The position numbers and the translations under genes are program-made. Below are positions 22,705 through 32,571 of a stretch of 64,000 bases of DNA, piece after piece (the first letter of the stretch is position 1; every line of letters starts with the position of its first letter). Location of the stretch: NCBI GenBank assembly GCA_963722525.1, contig CAVRMM010000002.1, forward strand, positions 2,985,621 to 3,049,620, read 5' to 3'. The stretch is from an uncultured Actinomycetes bacterium (lineage in GTDB: Bacteria > Actinomycetota > Thermoleophilia > Gaiellales > F1-60-MAGs149). The notes beneath the pieces are model-generated. The model was not told the origin of the DNA. It searched no databases and saw only the letters and a program-made list of their open reading frames with translations.

Positions 22705-23493
22705 TCAGCCCTCCAGCACGAGCAGCCGATCGAGCGCGGCGCGCGCGACGTCGAGCTCGTCCGGGCTCGGCTCGCGGGTGCCGACCACGCGCTGCAGCGC
22801 CGTTCCCGGCGCCCGGAAGGCGCGCGCCAGGGGGTGCGCGGCGTTGCGCGACGCCCAGCCGAACAGCTCGACGGCGATGCCCATCGCGGCCAGCGAGGCG
22901 CCGGCGCGGGCCGCGCGTCTGGTGCTCGCGCCGGCACGCGCGAGGCCAGCACGTTGCCGATCACCGACAGGCCGCACCAGCGGGCGTCACGAGGTGCGAG
23001 CCGCAGCGGTCGTGCTCCTTCGCCTCGTCCACCGCCGCGCCGCCCGACTCGTACGCGCCGATGGTCTTGTGCTCGGCGCCGTGGTAGCGGGCGAGCGAGC
23101 CGGAGCGCAGCATGGCGAGGGCCGGCAGCACCGCCAGCACCGCCGCCAGAGCCTCGACGGCGGCGGGCGAGACGCCGCGCGCCCTGGCGCCCTTCGTGAG
23201 CGCCATGGTCGACACCGAGAGGGCGACGACGGTGGGGTTCTCGAACGCCATCTTCGACTCGGGCAGCGACGCGCTTGACCTGCGGCAGGATCGCGATCAT
23301 CTCGGACAGGCGCAGGATGCCGCGGGCGATCGGCACGCGGGTCGCGAGGCCGGATGCGCACGGTCTTCCGCCCGGAGGCGACGCGGATCGCGCCGTCGGA
23401 CGCGCGGACGGCGGCCGCCCAGTGCGTGGGGCCGTGGACGAACAGGCCGTTGCGGAGGGCCATGCCCCCGAGTCGGAGGGGCTCATCTGCCAT
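22705..23493 (-). CDS. DUF1385 (YqhQ-like) family protein (frameshifted)
   Basis: RLGGMALRNG, RYHGAEHKTI..YE, HDRCGS, LQR...TREP. Confidence 0.8.
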
Positions 23494-23530
23494 GCGCTCA
23501 CAGTAGCGCGCGCCTGCGAAGATCCCGCTC

Positions 23531-24841
23531 ATGGCCGATCTCTTCGACGACGCCGCGTCCGATGCGCTGCAGGCGTCCGCGCCGCTGGCCGACCGGGTGC
23601 GGCCCGCCGGGCTGGACGGATTCGTCGGCCAGGCGCACCTGATCGGGCCCGGCACGGCGCTGCGGCGGGCGATCGAGGAGGACCGCGTGCCGTCGGCCAT
23701 CTTCCACGGCGCGCCGGGCACCGGCAAGACGACGCTGGCGCGCATCATCGCCCACGCCACCGGCAGCGAGTTCGAGGAGCTGTCGGCGGTGCAGGTCGGC
23801 AAGGCCGACGTGACGGCGGTGATCGGCCGCGCGCGCGAGCGGCTCGGCGGGCACGGCCGGCGGACGATCCTGTTCCTGGACGAGATCCACCGCTTCAACA
23901 AGGCGCAGCAGGACATGCTGCTGCCGGTGGTCGAGTCGGGCCTGATCACGCTGATCGGCGCGACCACCGAGAACCCCTACTTCGAGATCAACTCGGCGCT
24001 GCTGTCGCGCTGCGCGCTGTTCGAGTTCTGCCCGCACACGCCGACGACCTGACGCAGCTGGTCGAGCGCGGCGCCGCCGACCTGCACGCCGAGCTGGCCG
24101 AGGGCATGGCCGCGGCCATCGCCGAGGCGTCGGGCGGCGACGGCCGGGCGGCGCTGGCGATGCTCGAGCTGGCGTGGTCGACCGCGCGCTCGCGCGGCGT
24201 GCCGGTCGGGCCGGAGGAGGTGACCGAGGCGGCCATGAAGCGGCCGGTGCGGTTCGACCGCGACGGCGACGTCCACTTCGACGTCGTGTCGGCCTTCATC
24301 AAGAGCATGCGCGGGTCGCGATCCCGACGCGGCGATCTACTGGCTGGCGGTGATGATCGCCGGCGGCGAGGATCCGAAGTTCATCGCCCGGCGCATGATC
24401 GTGTTCGCCTCCGAGGACGTCGGCAACGCCGACCCGCGAGCGCTCGAGATCGCGGTCGCCGCCGCGCGGGCGTCGAGTTCGTCGGCCTGCCCGAGGCGCG
24501 CATCAACCTCGCCCAGGCGCGTCGCGTACGTGGCGCTGGCGCCGAAGTCGAACGCGTCGATCCGCGCCATCGACGCCGCCCTGGCGGAGGTGCGCCGGTC
24601 GGGCAACCTGACGCCGCCGGCCTCGATCCGCGACGGCCACTACCCGGGCGCGAAGGCCCTCGGACGCGGTACGGGCTACGTCTACCCGCACGCGCACGGT
24701 GGCTTCGAGCCGACGCAGCGCTACCTGCCGGACGAGCTGGGCGACACCCGCTTCTACGAGCCGAGTGCGAACGGCTTCGAGGCGCGGCTGACGGAGCTGC
24801 TCGACGACCTCCGCCGCCGCCGCGACGAGGCGACGAGCTAG
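23531..24841 (+). CDS. rarA: Replication-associated recombination protein A (frameshifted)
   Basis: [60 protein letters not shown]. Confidence 0.93.
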
Positions 24842-25749
24842 AGGATCCGCTTCCCCAGCGCGGAGCAGACCAGCTCCACCGCCAGCTGGGCCGACCGGTT
24901 CTGCACGTCGAGGATGGGGTTCACCTCGACCACCTGCAGCGACCCCATCAGCCGCGACTCGGCCACCATCTCCATCATCAGGTGCGCCTCCCGGTAGCTG
25001 ATGCCGCCGGGCACGGGCGTGCCGACGCCCGGCGCGTGCAGCGGGTCCATCACGTCCATGTCGAGCGAGACGTGCACCCAGGCGGCGGCGCGCAGCCGGT
25101 CGAGCGCGGTGTCGACGGCGGCCTCCATGCCGAGCCGGTCGATCTCGGCCATCGTCACGACGCGGATCTGCGTCCGCCGCAGCACCTCGCGCTCCTCGGC
25201 GTCCAGCGAGCGGATGCCGATCATCGCGACACGGGCCTCCTCCACCGACGGCACGGGCCACCGTCCGGTGTCGAACCACTCGCGGCCGAGCCCGATCGCG
25301 GCCGCGACGGGCATGCCGTGGATGTTGCCCGACGGGCTGGTGTCGGGCGTGTTGAGGTCGCCGTGCGCGTCGATCCACAACATCGCGCCCGGCGCCCCCG
25401 CGGCGCGGGCCAGGCCGCCCAGCACGCCGATCGCCAGCGAGTGGTCGCCGCCCAGCACGAGCGGGAACTCGCCCGCCAGGGTCGCGCCCTCGACCGCGTC
25501 GGCGAGGTGGTCGCTGTAGCCGAGGATCTCCGTCAGGTACTTCGCGCGCGGATCGCCCTGCTCGATCGCCGCCATGTCGGGGGCGGTGATGTTGCCGTCG
25601 TCGCGCACCGCGAACCCGAGCTCCTCGAGGCGGCCGCGCAGGCCCGCGTAGCGCATCGCCGACGGCCCCATGTCGACGCCGCGCCGGCCCTGGCCGAGGT
25701 CGAGGCCGGCGCCGATGACACGGATGCGGCGTGCATCGGATTCATTCAC
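24838..25749 (-). CDS. rocF: Arginase
   Basis: RRGVDMGPSA.R, GGDHS, DAHGDLNT, SGNIHGMP, SLDMDVMDP, VEVNP: full Mn-ligand set. Confidence 0.92.
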   Translation of the reverse strand: MNESDARRIRVIGAGLDLGQGRRGVDMGPSAMRYAGLRGRLEELGFAVRDDGNITAPDMAAIEQGDPRAKYLTEILGYSDHLADAVEGATLAGEFPLVLGGDHSLAIGVLGGLARAAGAPGAMLWIDAHGDLNTPDTSPSGNIHGMPVAAAIGLGREWFDTGRWPVPSVEEARVAMIGIRSLDAEEREVLRRTQIRVVTMAEIDRLGMEAAVDTALDRLRAAAWVHVSLDMDVMDPLHAPGVGTPVPGGISYREAHLMMEMVAESRLMGSLQVVEVNPILDVQNRSAQLAVELVCSALGKRIL

Positions 25750-25758
25750 GCCGTCATC

Positions 25759-26499
25759 CTACGGCAGAAGCGTGCGCACCGCCGCGGCGTACGCCTGCGC
25801 GCCGCGGCCCTCGGGATCCCGCTCGGGGTTCCCGCAGCAGACGGACACGCCGACGATGCGGCCCGTCGCCGCCAGCGCACCGCACTCGTCGAGCAGGCGC
25901 TCGGCCGTCCAGCCGCCCGGGGCCGGGAAGTCGACGCCGGGCGCCACCGCCGGGTCGAGCACGTCGCCATCCAGGTGCACCCACAGCGGCGCGTCATCCG
26001 GCAGCGCGGCCAGCGCGTCGGCGACGCCGTCGACCGACGCGAGCCCGGAGCGCTCGATCGCCTCGACCTCGCCCGGGTCGAGGTCGCGCGCGCCGACCAG
26101 CGCGGCGCGCTCTACCGGCAGCGGCGGGCCGGGTCGCAGCTCCGGGTGGCACCAGCCGAGCAGGATCGCGAACGGCATGCCCCCGAGGAACCCCGACGGC
26201 GACGTCTCCGGCGTGTTCAGGTCGCCGTGCGCATCCAGCCAGACCAGCGCCAGGTCGGGGTGGCGCTCCTGCAGCGCGCTCGCGACGGCCGGCGTCAGCG
26301 TGCACTCGCCGAGCAGCGCCAGCGGCACGCCGGGGTCGGCGGTGACGGCACGCGCGACGGCGGCCAGCGCGCCGACGGCCGGGCCGCCCTGGTCGACCGG
26401 CACCTCCTCGCCACCGTCGCCGAGTGCCGCGGCCAGCGCCGCGGGTCCCGCCTCCATGCCGGTGCCGTGGAACCGGCTCGTCCAGGGAGCTACCAGCAT
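25759..26499 (-). CDS. Divergent arginase/ureohydrolase-family protein
   Basis: WLDAHGDLNTPETSPSG, GARDLD, HLDGDVLDP retained; GGDH replaced by LGEC, NxHG by FLGG. Confidence 0.85.
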   Translation of the reverse strand: MLVAPWTSRFHGTGMEAGPAALAAALGDGGEEVPVDQGGPAVGALAAVARAVTADPGVPLALLGECTLTPAVASALQERHPDLALVWLDAHGDLNTPETSPSGFLGGMPFAILLGWCHPELRPGPPLPVERAALVGARDLDPGEVEAIERSGLASVDGVADALAALPDDAPLWVHLDGDVLDPAVAPGVDFPAPGGWTAERLLDECGALAATGRIVGVSVCCGNPERDPEGRGAQAYAAAVRTLLP

Positions 26500-27029
26500 C
26501 AGGTCAGCCTTTCCAGCAGCCGCGCTGCATCGTCGTCGTGGAGGATCTGACCGGGATCGGTGCGCAGGAAACCCGCGCCGCCGAGGTGCTCGACCAGTGT
26601 CGTGAAGGGCTTCCAGAACCCGGCCGCATCGAGCAGCCCGATCGGCTTGGCATGCAGGCCGAGCTGGCGCCACGTGATGATCTCGATCAGCTCGTCGAGC
26701 GTCCCGAAGCCGCCTGGCAGGGCGACGAACGCGTCGGCCAGATCGGCCATCAGTGCCTTGCGCTCGTGCATCGAGCCGACGACCCGCAGGTCGCTCAGGC
26801 CGCGATGGGCGAGCTCGCGGTCGACCAGCTGCTGCGGGATGACGCCGATCGCCTCGCCGCCCCCGGCGAGCACGGCATCCGCCACGACGCCCATCAGGCC
26901 GACGGCGCCGCCGCCGAACACCAGCCCGTGACCCGCCCCGGCGATCGCGCGGCCGAGCGTGGTCGCCTGGTCGGCGTAGGCCGGGTCGGCGCCGCGGGCC
27001 GCCCCGCAGAAGACGCAGATCCGCGTCAC
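26499..27029 (-). CDS. LOG-family nucleotide phosphoribohydrolase (TIGR00730-like)
   Basis: ICVFCG, GG..GLMG, MHERK..M, LPGGFGTLDE, H.KP. Confidence 0.93.
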   Translation of the reverse strand: MTRICVFCGAARGADPAYADQATTLGRAIAGAGHGLVFGGGAVGLMGVVADAVLAGGGEAIGVIPQQLVDRELAHRGLSDLRVVGSMHERKALMADLADAFVALPGGFGTLDELIEIITWRQLGLHAKPIGLLDAAGFWKPFTTLVEHLGGAGFLRTDPGQILHDDDAARLLERLT

Positions 27030-28346
27030 AGCTCGATCTTCCTCCGGCCGATCAGCACCACCGCGAGCGCACCGAGCGCGAGCAGGCTGCCGACCAGGAA
27101 CGAGCGCGAGAAGGCATGTGTGGCGGCGCGGTCGAGCTCGTCGTGGAGACCGGCGCGGACTTCCTCCAGCGCCGGCGTCATGGTGCGGCCCTCGAACGCC
27201 AGGTCGATGTCGGGAATGTCGCGGTTGGCCCCCTCGACGACGCGGATCACGTCGCGGGCGACCTCGATCTTCACGCCGGGCGGGACGTTCGAGTCGAGCA
27301 CGATCGCCGCCCCCGACTGCAGCGCCTGGTCGCGCTCGTGCTCGAGGTCGGCCTGGAACACCGGCACGAGCAGCACGAGGCCGAGCACGACGCCGAGGTG
27401 GCGGGCGGAGATCGTCCAGCCGCCGTGGATGGCCTGCGGCGACCGGCCGGCCAGCGCGGCGTGGGTGAGCGCGGTCACGGCGAGGCCCAGCCCGAGGCCG
27501 ATCAGCACCTGCGGCGCCAGCGTCCACGCCCACGAGGCGCCGGGCAGCAGGCCCAGGCCGGCGAGGCCGCCGGCGACGAGCAGCGAGCCGATGCCGGCCT
27601 CGGCGACGGCTGCCCTGCACGCCGATCCGCGGCGCCGCGAACGCCGCCACCGGCATCGCCGACACGATCACGGCCGCCTCCAGCGGCTCGATCCGCCAGC
27701 CCTCCACGAGCAGCAGCACGAGCAGGAACAGCGCGGCGGTGAGCGCGGCCGACAGCAGGGTGAGGGCAGCGAGGGCCGGCACGTGCGGGCGGCCCGCGGC
27801 GGCCTTCGGCGGCGGCGACGTGGTCTGGCGCAGGGCCACCAGCGCGGCCAGGGCGATCGGCGCCTGCAGCAGGAAGATCCACTCCCAGCCGGCGAGCTGG
27901 GTGAGAGCACCGCCCGCGGCCGGTCCCACCGCGGCGCCGGCGACGCCTGCTGCGGCCCAGGAGCGCGCGGCCTTCGCATCGCCGTCGCGGGCGGCGAGCA
28001 GCTCGAGCGACGCGCAGATCAGCAGGGCACCGCCGATCGCCTGGAGGCAGCGTGCCGCGAGCAGGACGTCGAACGAGCCGGCCAGTCCGCACGCGGCCGA
28101 GGCAACGCCGAACACGACGATGCCGATGGCGGCGACCGGCCGGGGCCCGCGCCGGGCCAGGAAGGCGGCGGGCACGGCGCCCAGCGCGAGGATCGCGTTG
28201 TACGACGTCAGGACGCCCGAGACCTCGCCGATCTCGACGTCGAACCGGCGCAGGATGTCGGGCAGCGCGAGCGTGACGACCGACGAGTCGGCCAGCGCCG
28301 TCGCAACGGCGAGGAGGAGCAGCGTGCGACGGACGCGATCACTCAC
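27026..28346 (-). CDS. MFS transporter (frameshift near 27600)
   Basis: DSSVVTLALPDI, LLAARCLQAIGGA, GPAAGG.LT...GW.WIF; many hydrophobic segments. Confidence 0.85.
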
Positions 28347-28365
28347 GCCCGTATCTTGACCGCGA

Positions 28366-29532
28366 TCAGTAGGGGCGGACGGCGCCGGAGTAGTTCCCGG
28401 CGCGGGCGGCGAGGCTCGAGATCTTGACGACGTCGCCGGTGCTCGGGGCGTGGATGAACTGGCCGCCGCCGATGTAGATGCCCATGTGATGGTGGTCGGG
28501 GTAGAAGAAGACGAGGTCGCCGGGCGCGAGCTGGCTCTGGCTGATGTGCGTGCCGGAGTTCCACTGCGAGCCGGTGAAGTGCCCGAGGCCGATGCCGACC
28601 GTGGCGTAGGCGAGCATCGTCAGACCCGAGCAGTCGACGCCGCCGCGGCTGGCGCCGCCCCAGCGGTAGGGCACGCCGAGGTACGACATCGCCGCCGAGA
28701 TGACGCGGGCGCCGATCGAGCCGTTCGCCGGGGGCGCCGGGATATCGACGGAACCGCCGCCGCCGCCGCCACCGCCGCCGCTCGAACCGCCGCCGCCCGA
28801 GCTGCCGCCGCCGGAGCCGCCGATGCCGGGATCGGCCGCGTCAGCCGCGGCGATCGCGGCGCGCTGGGCGGCGAGCCGCTGCTTGGCCTCGCGGGCCAGC
28901 TGCGCCTCGTACGCCTTCTGCTCCTTCTGCAGCCCGGCGATCTCCGACTCGAGGCCCGACTTGAGGCTCTCCGCCTGCGCGAGGCCGTTCTCGATCGCGG
29001 CCTTGTTCGCGGCCTTCTGCGACTTCAGCTCGGCCGCGCGGCGCTCGGCCTTCACGAGCGCCTTCTCGCGCTTGTTGAGCTCGGAGCGCGACGTGCGCAG
29101 CTCGATGATGACGCCGCTCAGCTGGCTGGACGAGCGCTTCAGCACGTCGACCGAGCCGAGCATGTCCTCGAGCGAGTTGGCCGAGAGCATGGCCGCGACC
29201 GCATCGGGGTCGCCGGCGCGGTAGGCCGTGACGAGCTTGTTCGCGAGGTCGCGCTGGCCGCGCTTGATGTTCGACTTCGTGGCCGCGATCTGGTTCTCGT
29301 TGTCCTCGATGTCTGCCTGGACACCGTCGAGCTCCTGAGAGGCCTGGTTGTAGGCCTCGATCGCCGGCTCGATCTGCTCGCTCAACGCCTCGATCTTCGC
29401 CTGCGCGGCCTCGGCGGCGGCGCGCTTGGCGGGGATCGCATCCTTCGGCGCGGCGATCGCTGCCGTCCCGGCGGTACCGAGGGCGGCAAGTGCAACGAAG
29501 GTGATGAGGAAATGGCGTCGAAAACGGAGCAA
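28366..29532 (-). CDS. Secreted coiled-coil plus NlpC/P60 peptidoglycan endopeptidase (CwlO/RipA-like)
   Basis: Signal peptide, long coiled coil, Gly/Ser linker, LGVPYRWGG..DCSGL, PGDLVFF, H.GIY.G..FIHAP; SD GGGAGG before TTG 29532. Confidence 0.93.
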   Translation of the reverse strand: MLRFRRHFLITFVALAALGTAGTAAIAAPKDAIPAKRAAAEAAQAKIEALSEQIEPAIEAYNQASQELDGVQADIEDNENQIAATKSNIKRGQRDLANKLVTAYRAGDPDAVAAMLSANSLEDMLGSVDVLKRSSSQLSGVIIELRTSRSELNKREKALVKAERRAAELKSQKAANKAAIENGLAQAESLKSGLESEIAGLQKEQKAYEAQLAREAKQRLAAQRAAIAAADAADPGIGGSGGGSSGGGGSSGGGGGGGGGSVDIPAPPANGSIGARVISAAMSYLGVPYRWGGASRGGVDCSGLTMLAYATVGIGLGHFTGSQWNSGTHISQSQLAPGDLVFFYPDHHHMGIYIGGGQFIHAPSTGDVVKISSLAARAGNYSGAVRPY

Positions 29533-29705
29533 GAAGAGGACCTCCCGGTCGGCTCGTGCGCAGAGCGCGCGGTATCGATCGTCTGATCGAGACCGGCCAG
29601 GGACTAAATCAGAAGGCGTCCAAGGCTGATGGTTGGGGACGGACCGCGTCGCAGGGCGAACGACACGGCGTCCGAAACTGTCGGCGTGAACGCCATCGCC
29701 GCTCA

Positions 29706-29714
29706 ACTCTACCA
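29706..29714 (-). promoter_or_regulatory. Candidate extended -10 box (TGG TAGAGT) for the NlpC/P60 gene
   Basis: TGn-TAnnnT match about 170 nt upstream of start codon. Confidence 0.35.
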
Positions 29715-29887
29715 TCGTGTGCGGGAAAGGACGCAACCCCGATTCGTGCCGCAAAACGGCACGCCGCCTCAGAAAAGGGGCACGACACGACGAATTCTAC
29801 GTCTACCCCCGGACGGTTCTATCCACGCAGTCCGGTCGGTTGGCGTGGTCGCCCGGCCGCGATTCGCTGGTAAGATCGTGCCGCTGC

Positions 29888-29960
29888 GGCGAGGTAGCTC
29901 AGTTGGTAGAGCACGCGACTGAAAATCGCGGTGTCGCCGGTTCAAGTCCGGCTCTCGCCA
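29888..29960 (+). tRNA. tRNA-Phe (GAA); CCA not encoded
   Basis: Acceptor GGCGAGG/TCTCGCC, D arm GCTCAGTTGGTAGAGC, anticodon arm CGCGA-CTGAAAA-TCGCG, T loop GGTTCAAGTCC; TGG-TAAGAT box just upstream. Confidence 0.97.
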
Positions 29961-30147
29961 TCGGTCGAACGTCCTGCGTCTTCGGCTTTCGGGTACGCCG
30001 CCTCCAGCGCCGGCGGTGGCGCCGTCCCGATGCGATCGAATCAACGCGGGCAACTCCTGCGCGGCGAGGCCAGTTCGAGACGGTCCCGGGAGCGCTGACT
30101 CGCGGGCCGCCTCGCCGCGCACGCGGGCGCGCTGGCACAATAGGCGG

Positions 30148-31362
30148 GTGCGCATCGCGTGTGTCGGTGGAGGGCCGGGAGGCCTGTTCTTCGCCATTCT
30201 GGCCAAGCAGCTGGCGGGCGTCGAAGCCGTGACAGTGTACGAGCGCCTCCCCGAGGGCGTGACCTACGGCTGGGGTGTGGTGTTCTGGGACGGGCTGCTC
30301 GAGGATCTCGACGCTTCGGACGAGGCCACGGCGCGAGCGGTCCGGGCTCAAGCCTTCCAGTGGCGCGACCAGGTGATCGAGGTTCAGGGCCGACCGCCCG
30401 TGCGCGTGCCGGGCCACGGGTACAGCATGAGCCGCTCGGCGATGCGCGCTCTGCTCACGGAGCGGGCCCGCGCGGTGGGAGTCGACCTGCGCTTCGATCA
30501 CGCGGTCGAGGACCTCGCCGAGCTGGCGGACTTCGACCTCGTGGTGGCCTGCGACGGGGTCAACAGCGGTTTTCGCCGCCGCCACCGAGATGCGTTCGGC
30601 GCCGCGGTCGAGCGTAGGCGGAACAAGTACATCTGGCTGGGCACGAGCAAGATCTTCGATTCCTTCACCTTCCCGTTCGTCCGCACCCCCGCCGGCTGGC
30701 TCTGGGCCCACGCTTACGGAAACGGCGCCGAGGGCAGCACCTTCGTCGTCGAGACGTCGCCCGAGACGTGGACTGGCCTGGGCTTCGACAGGCTTACGCC
30801 CGAGCCGGCGATGCGCGAGCTCGAGCGCATCTTCGCCGCCCAGTTGGACGGCCGGATGCTCGAGCCGCCGGCGGGAAGACACGACACCGCCCCGTGGCTC
30901 GAGTTCCAGACCGTGAGCAACGCTCGCTGGCATCACGGGAACGTGGTGCTGCTGGGCGACGCCGCCCACACCACGCACTTCACGATCGGCTCGGGCACCA
31001 GGCTCGCGATGGAGGACGCGATCGCCCTCGCCTCCCAGCTGGGGGCCCACGAGGCGCTCGCGCCCGCGCTCGCCGCCTACAGCAGCCAGCGCACCGCTGA
31101 ACTCGAAGCGGTCGCGCGTGAAGCCGCGGGGAGCGCCCAGTGGTTCGAGGACGTGCCGCGCTACATCGACCGCGACCCCGATGACTTCGCCCGGCTCTTG
31201 ATCAGCCGGCGCTGGTCGCTGGTGCGCCGGCTGCCCTCCGCCTACCTCGGGCTGCGCCGCGCCGCTGCGGCGGTGCCCATGGTGTCAAAACCGGCGCGGC
31301 GGTTCGTTCGGCGCTTGCGTGGGTTCGCCCCCGTGAACAAGGGGCAAACGCCCAAGCAGTGA
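30148..31362 (+). CDS. FAD-dependent monooxygenase (salicyloyl-CoA 5-hydroxylase N-domain-like)
   Basis: IACVGGGPGGL, TYGWGVVF, DGVNS, NKYIWLGT, LLGDAAHTTHFTIGSGTRLAMEDA. Confidence 0.9.
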   Translation: MRIACVGGGPGGLFFAILAKQLAGVEAVTVYERLPEGVTYGWGVVFWDGLLEDLDASDEATARAVRAQAFQWRDQVIEVQGRPPVRVPGHGYSMSRSAMRALLTERARAVGVDLRFDHAVEDLAELADFDLVVACDGVNSGFRRRHRDAFGAAVERRRNKYIWLGTSKIFDSFTFPFVRTPAGWLWAHAYGNGAEGSTFVVETSPETWTGLGFDRLTPEPAMRELERIFAAQLDGRMLEPPAGRHDTAPWLEFQTVSNARWHHGNVVLLGDAAHTTHFTIGSGTRLAMEDAIALASQLGAHEALAPALAAYSSQRTAELEAVAREAAGSAQWFEDVPRYIDRDPDDFARLLISRRWSLVRRLPSAYLGLRRAAAAVPMVSKPARRFVRRLRGFAPVNKGQTPKQ

Positions 31363-31464
31363 GGAGAGAGACGCGCACGCGGAACTTGGTGGTGCCTGGA
31401 TTGGCGGTGCTCGCGGCGATGGCTTTCCTGACAGGGTTGGGCGTCGGAGGCCGCGAGGGGAAGC

Positions 31465-32571
31465 TCACGTCTCGGGATCGGAGCTTCGAAGGCGACGCCT
31501 TACCGCCACGAGACGGCGATGGATGGCGCGCGCCACCTTGAACTGCCTCAGCCACGCGCGCGCGGCGTACGCACCGGCCGTCGTCGGCGCCGCGAGCACT
31601 CCGAGCCGGCCGCTGCCACGGCGTACCCCAGAGTAGAGGATCAGCTTGGTGTCCGTCAGCTCGCACTTGAGCTGCGAGTCACCACCCATCAGCTCGATCT
31701 CACGCACGCCGCGATCCGACAACTCCGGGAACACGTGGTGGGTCAGTAGCCGGGCCGGGCCGAACTTCGCGAACGCGGGATCGAAGGAGATCCGGTACGC
31801 GAACGCGCGATCGCCCATCAGAAACATCGACGCGAAGGCAATGGCGACGCCGTCAACGCAGAGCCGGTACACCACGAACCGGCCGCTGCGAGCGATGGCG
31901 GGACACATCGCGCGCTGGAAGGCGCGGTCGGCAGCGGTCCGGAGATCGGAGCTGTCGTCCGTCCGCCCTGCCCACCGAAGGTCATGGAGACGAAACACGT
32001 CATCGAGCGCGAGGCTAACGTCGTGCGGCGTGACGGCGACGTCGTACGAAAGCTCACCGAGTTCGGCCAGCCGCCGTTGGCGGCGACGGATGTCGCTGCG
32101 GTCCCGCGCGGTCAGGCGATCGGCGACGACGGCAGCGAAACCGTCGTCGAGCCGAAGGAGCGGTGCTTTGTCGTGGGGAAAGAGGCGGAACCCCCCGCCG
32201 CGTGCCAAACGGCTCGCGGCCAGCACGTCCTTCACGATCAGCACGTCGCATGGCACGTCACCGAGGGCAGCGAGGAGTCCGGCCATCGCAGGACCGTCGG
32301 CGCCGACGACGTCGCCGTGGGACGTGCGCTCGCCGCCGAGCACACGCGCAACGCGCAGTGGACCTCGCCGCTGGATGACTAACGGCAGGCCCGCGGCCAC
32401 GTGATCCTCGTCCCCGGAAACCATGATCGCGAGCTCTGCGCCGGGTGGCAGGTTGCCGATCGATGCGGACAACCACCCATACAGCAGGGACGGGGCGGGT
32501 GCCGGGCTCGCCATGACAGCCCGGTCCCATGCCTCGGCGAGCCGGTCGAATCCGCCGGCGGAGTCGATCAC
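31465..32571 (-). CDS. GNAT-family acetyltransferase, CelD/BcsL-like
   Basis: L..AWD, RRQRRLAELG.L, LH.LRW, SFDP.FAKFGP..L, MGGD...K; start inferred at GTG 32571. Confidence 0.8.
   Translation of the reverse strand: MIDSAGGFDRLAEAWDRAVMASPAPAPSLLYGWLSASIGNLPPGAELAIMVSGDEDHVAAGLPLVIQRRGPLRVARVLGGERTSHGDVVGADGPAMAGLLAALGDVPCDVLIVKDVLAASRLARGGGFRLFPHDKAPLLRLDDGFAAVVADRLTARDRSDIRRRQRRLAELGELSYDVAVTPHDVSLALDDVFRLHDLRWAGRTDDSSDLRTAADRAFQRAMCPAIARSGRFVVYRLCVDGVAIAFASMFLMGDRAFAYRISFDPAFAKFGPARLLTHHVFPELSDRGVREIELMGGDSQLKCELTDTKLILYSGVRRGSGRLGVLAAPTTAGAYAARAWLRQFKVARAIHRRLVAVRRRLRSSDPET

Noticed and set aside
23275-26550. Very long alternative-frame ORFs (also 37385..40372, 49451..51943, 53646..56585, 56053..58965)
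   Set aside because: Arg/Ala/Pro-rich shadow frames expected at high GC; they overlap well-supported genes
26499-28346. MFS-LOG fusion (likewise SIMPL-DUF62 at 40213..41805 and the 779-aa ORF at 309..2648)
   Set aside because: Artefacts of frameshifts or open shadow frames; each downstream gene has its own start
28740-28830. GCC/CCG microsatellite-like tract
   Set aside because: Encodes the Gly/Ser linker of the NlpC/P60 protein
29533-29760. c-di-AMP (ydaO) riboswitch before the NlpC/P60 gene
   Set aside because: Conserved ydaO sequence blocks not found by eye
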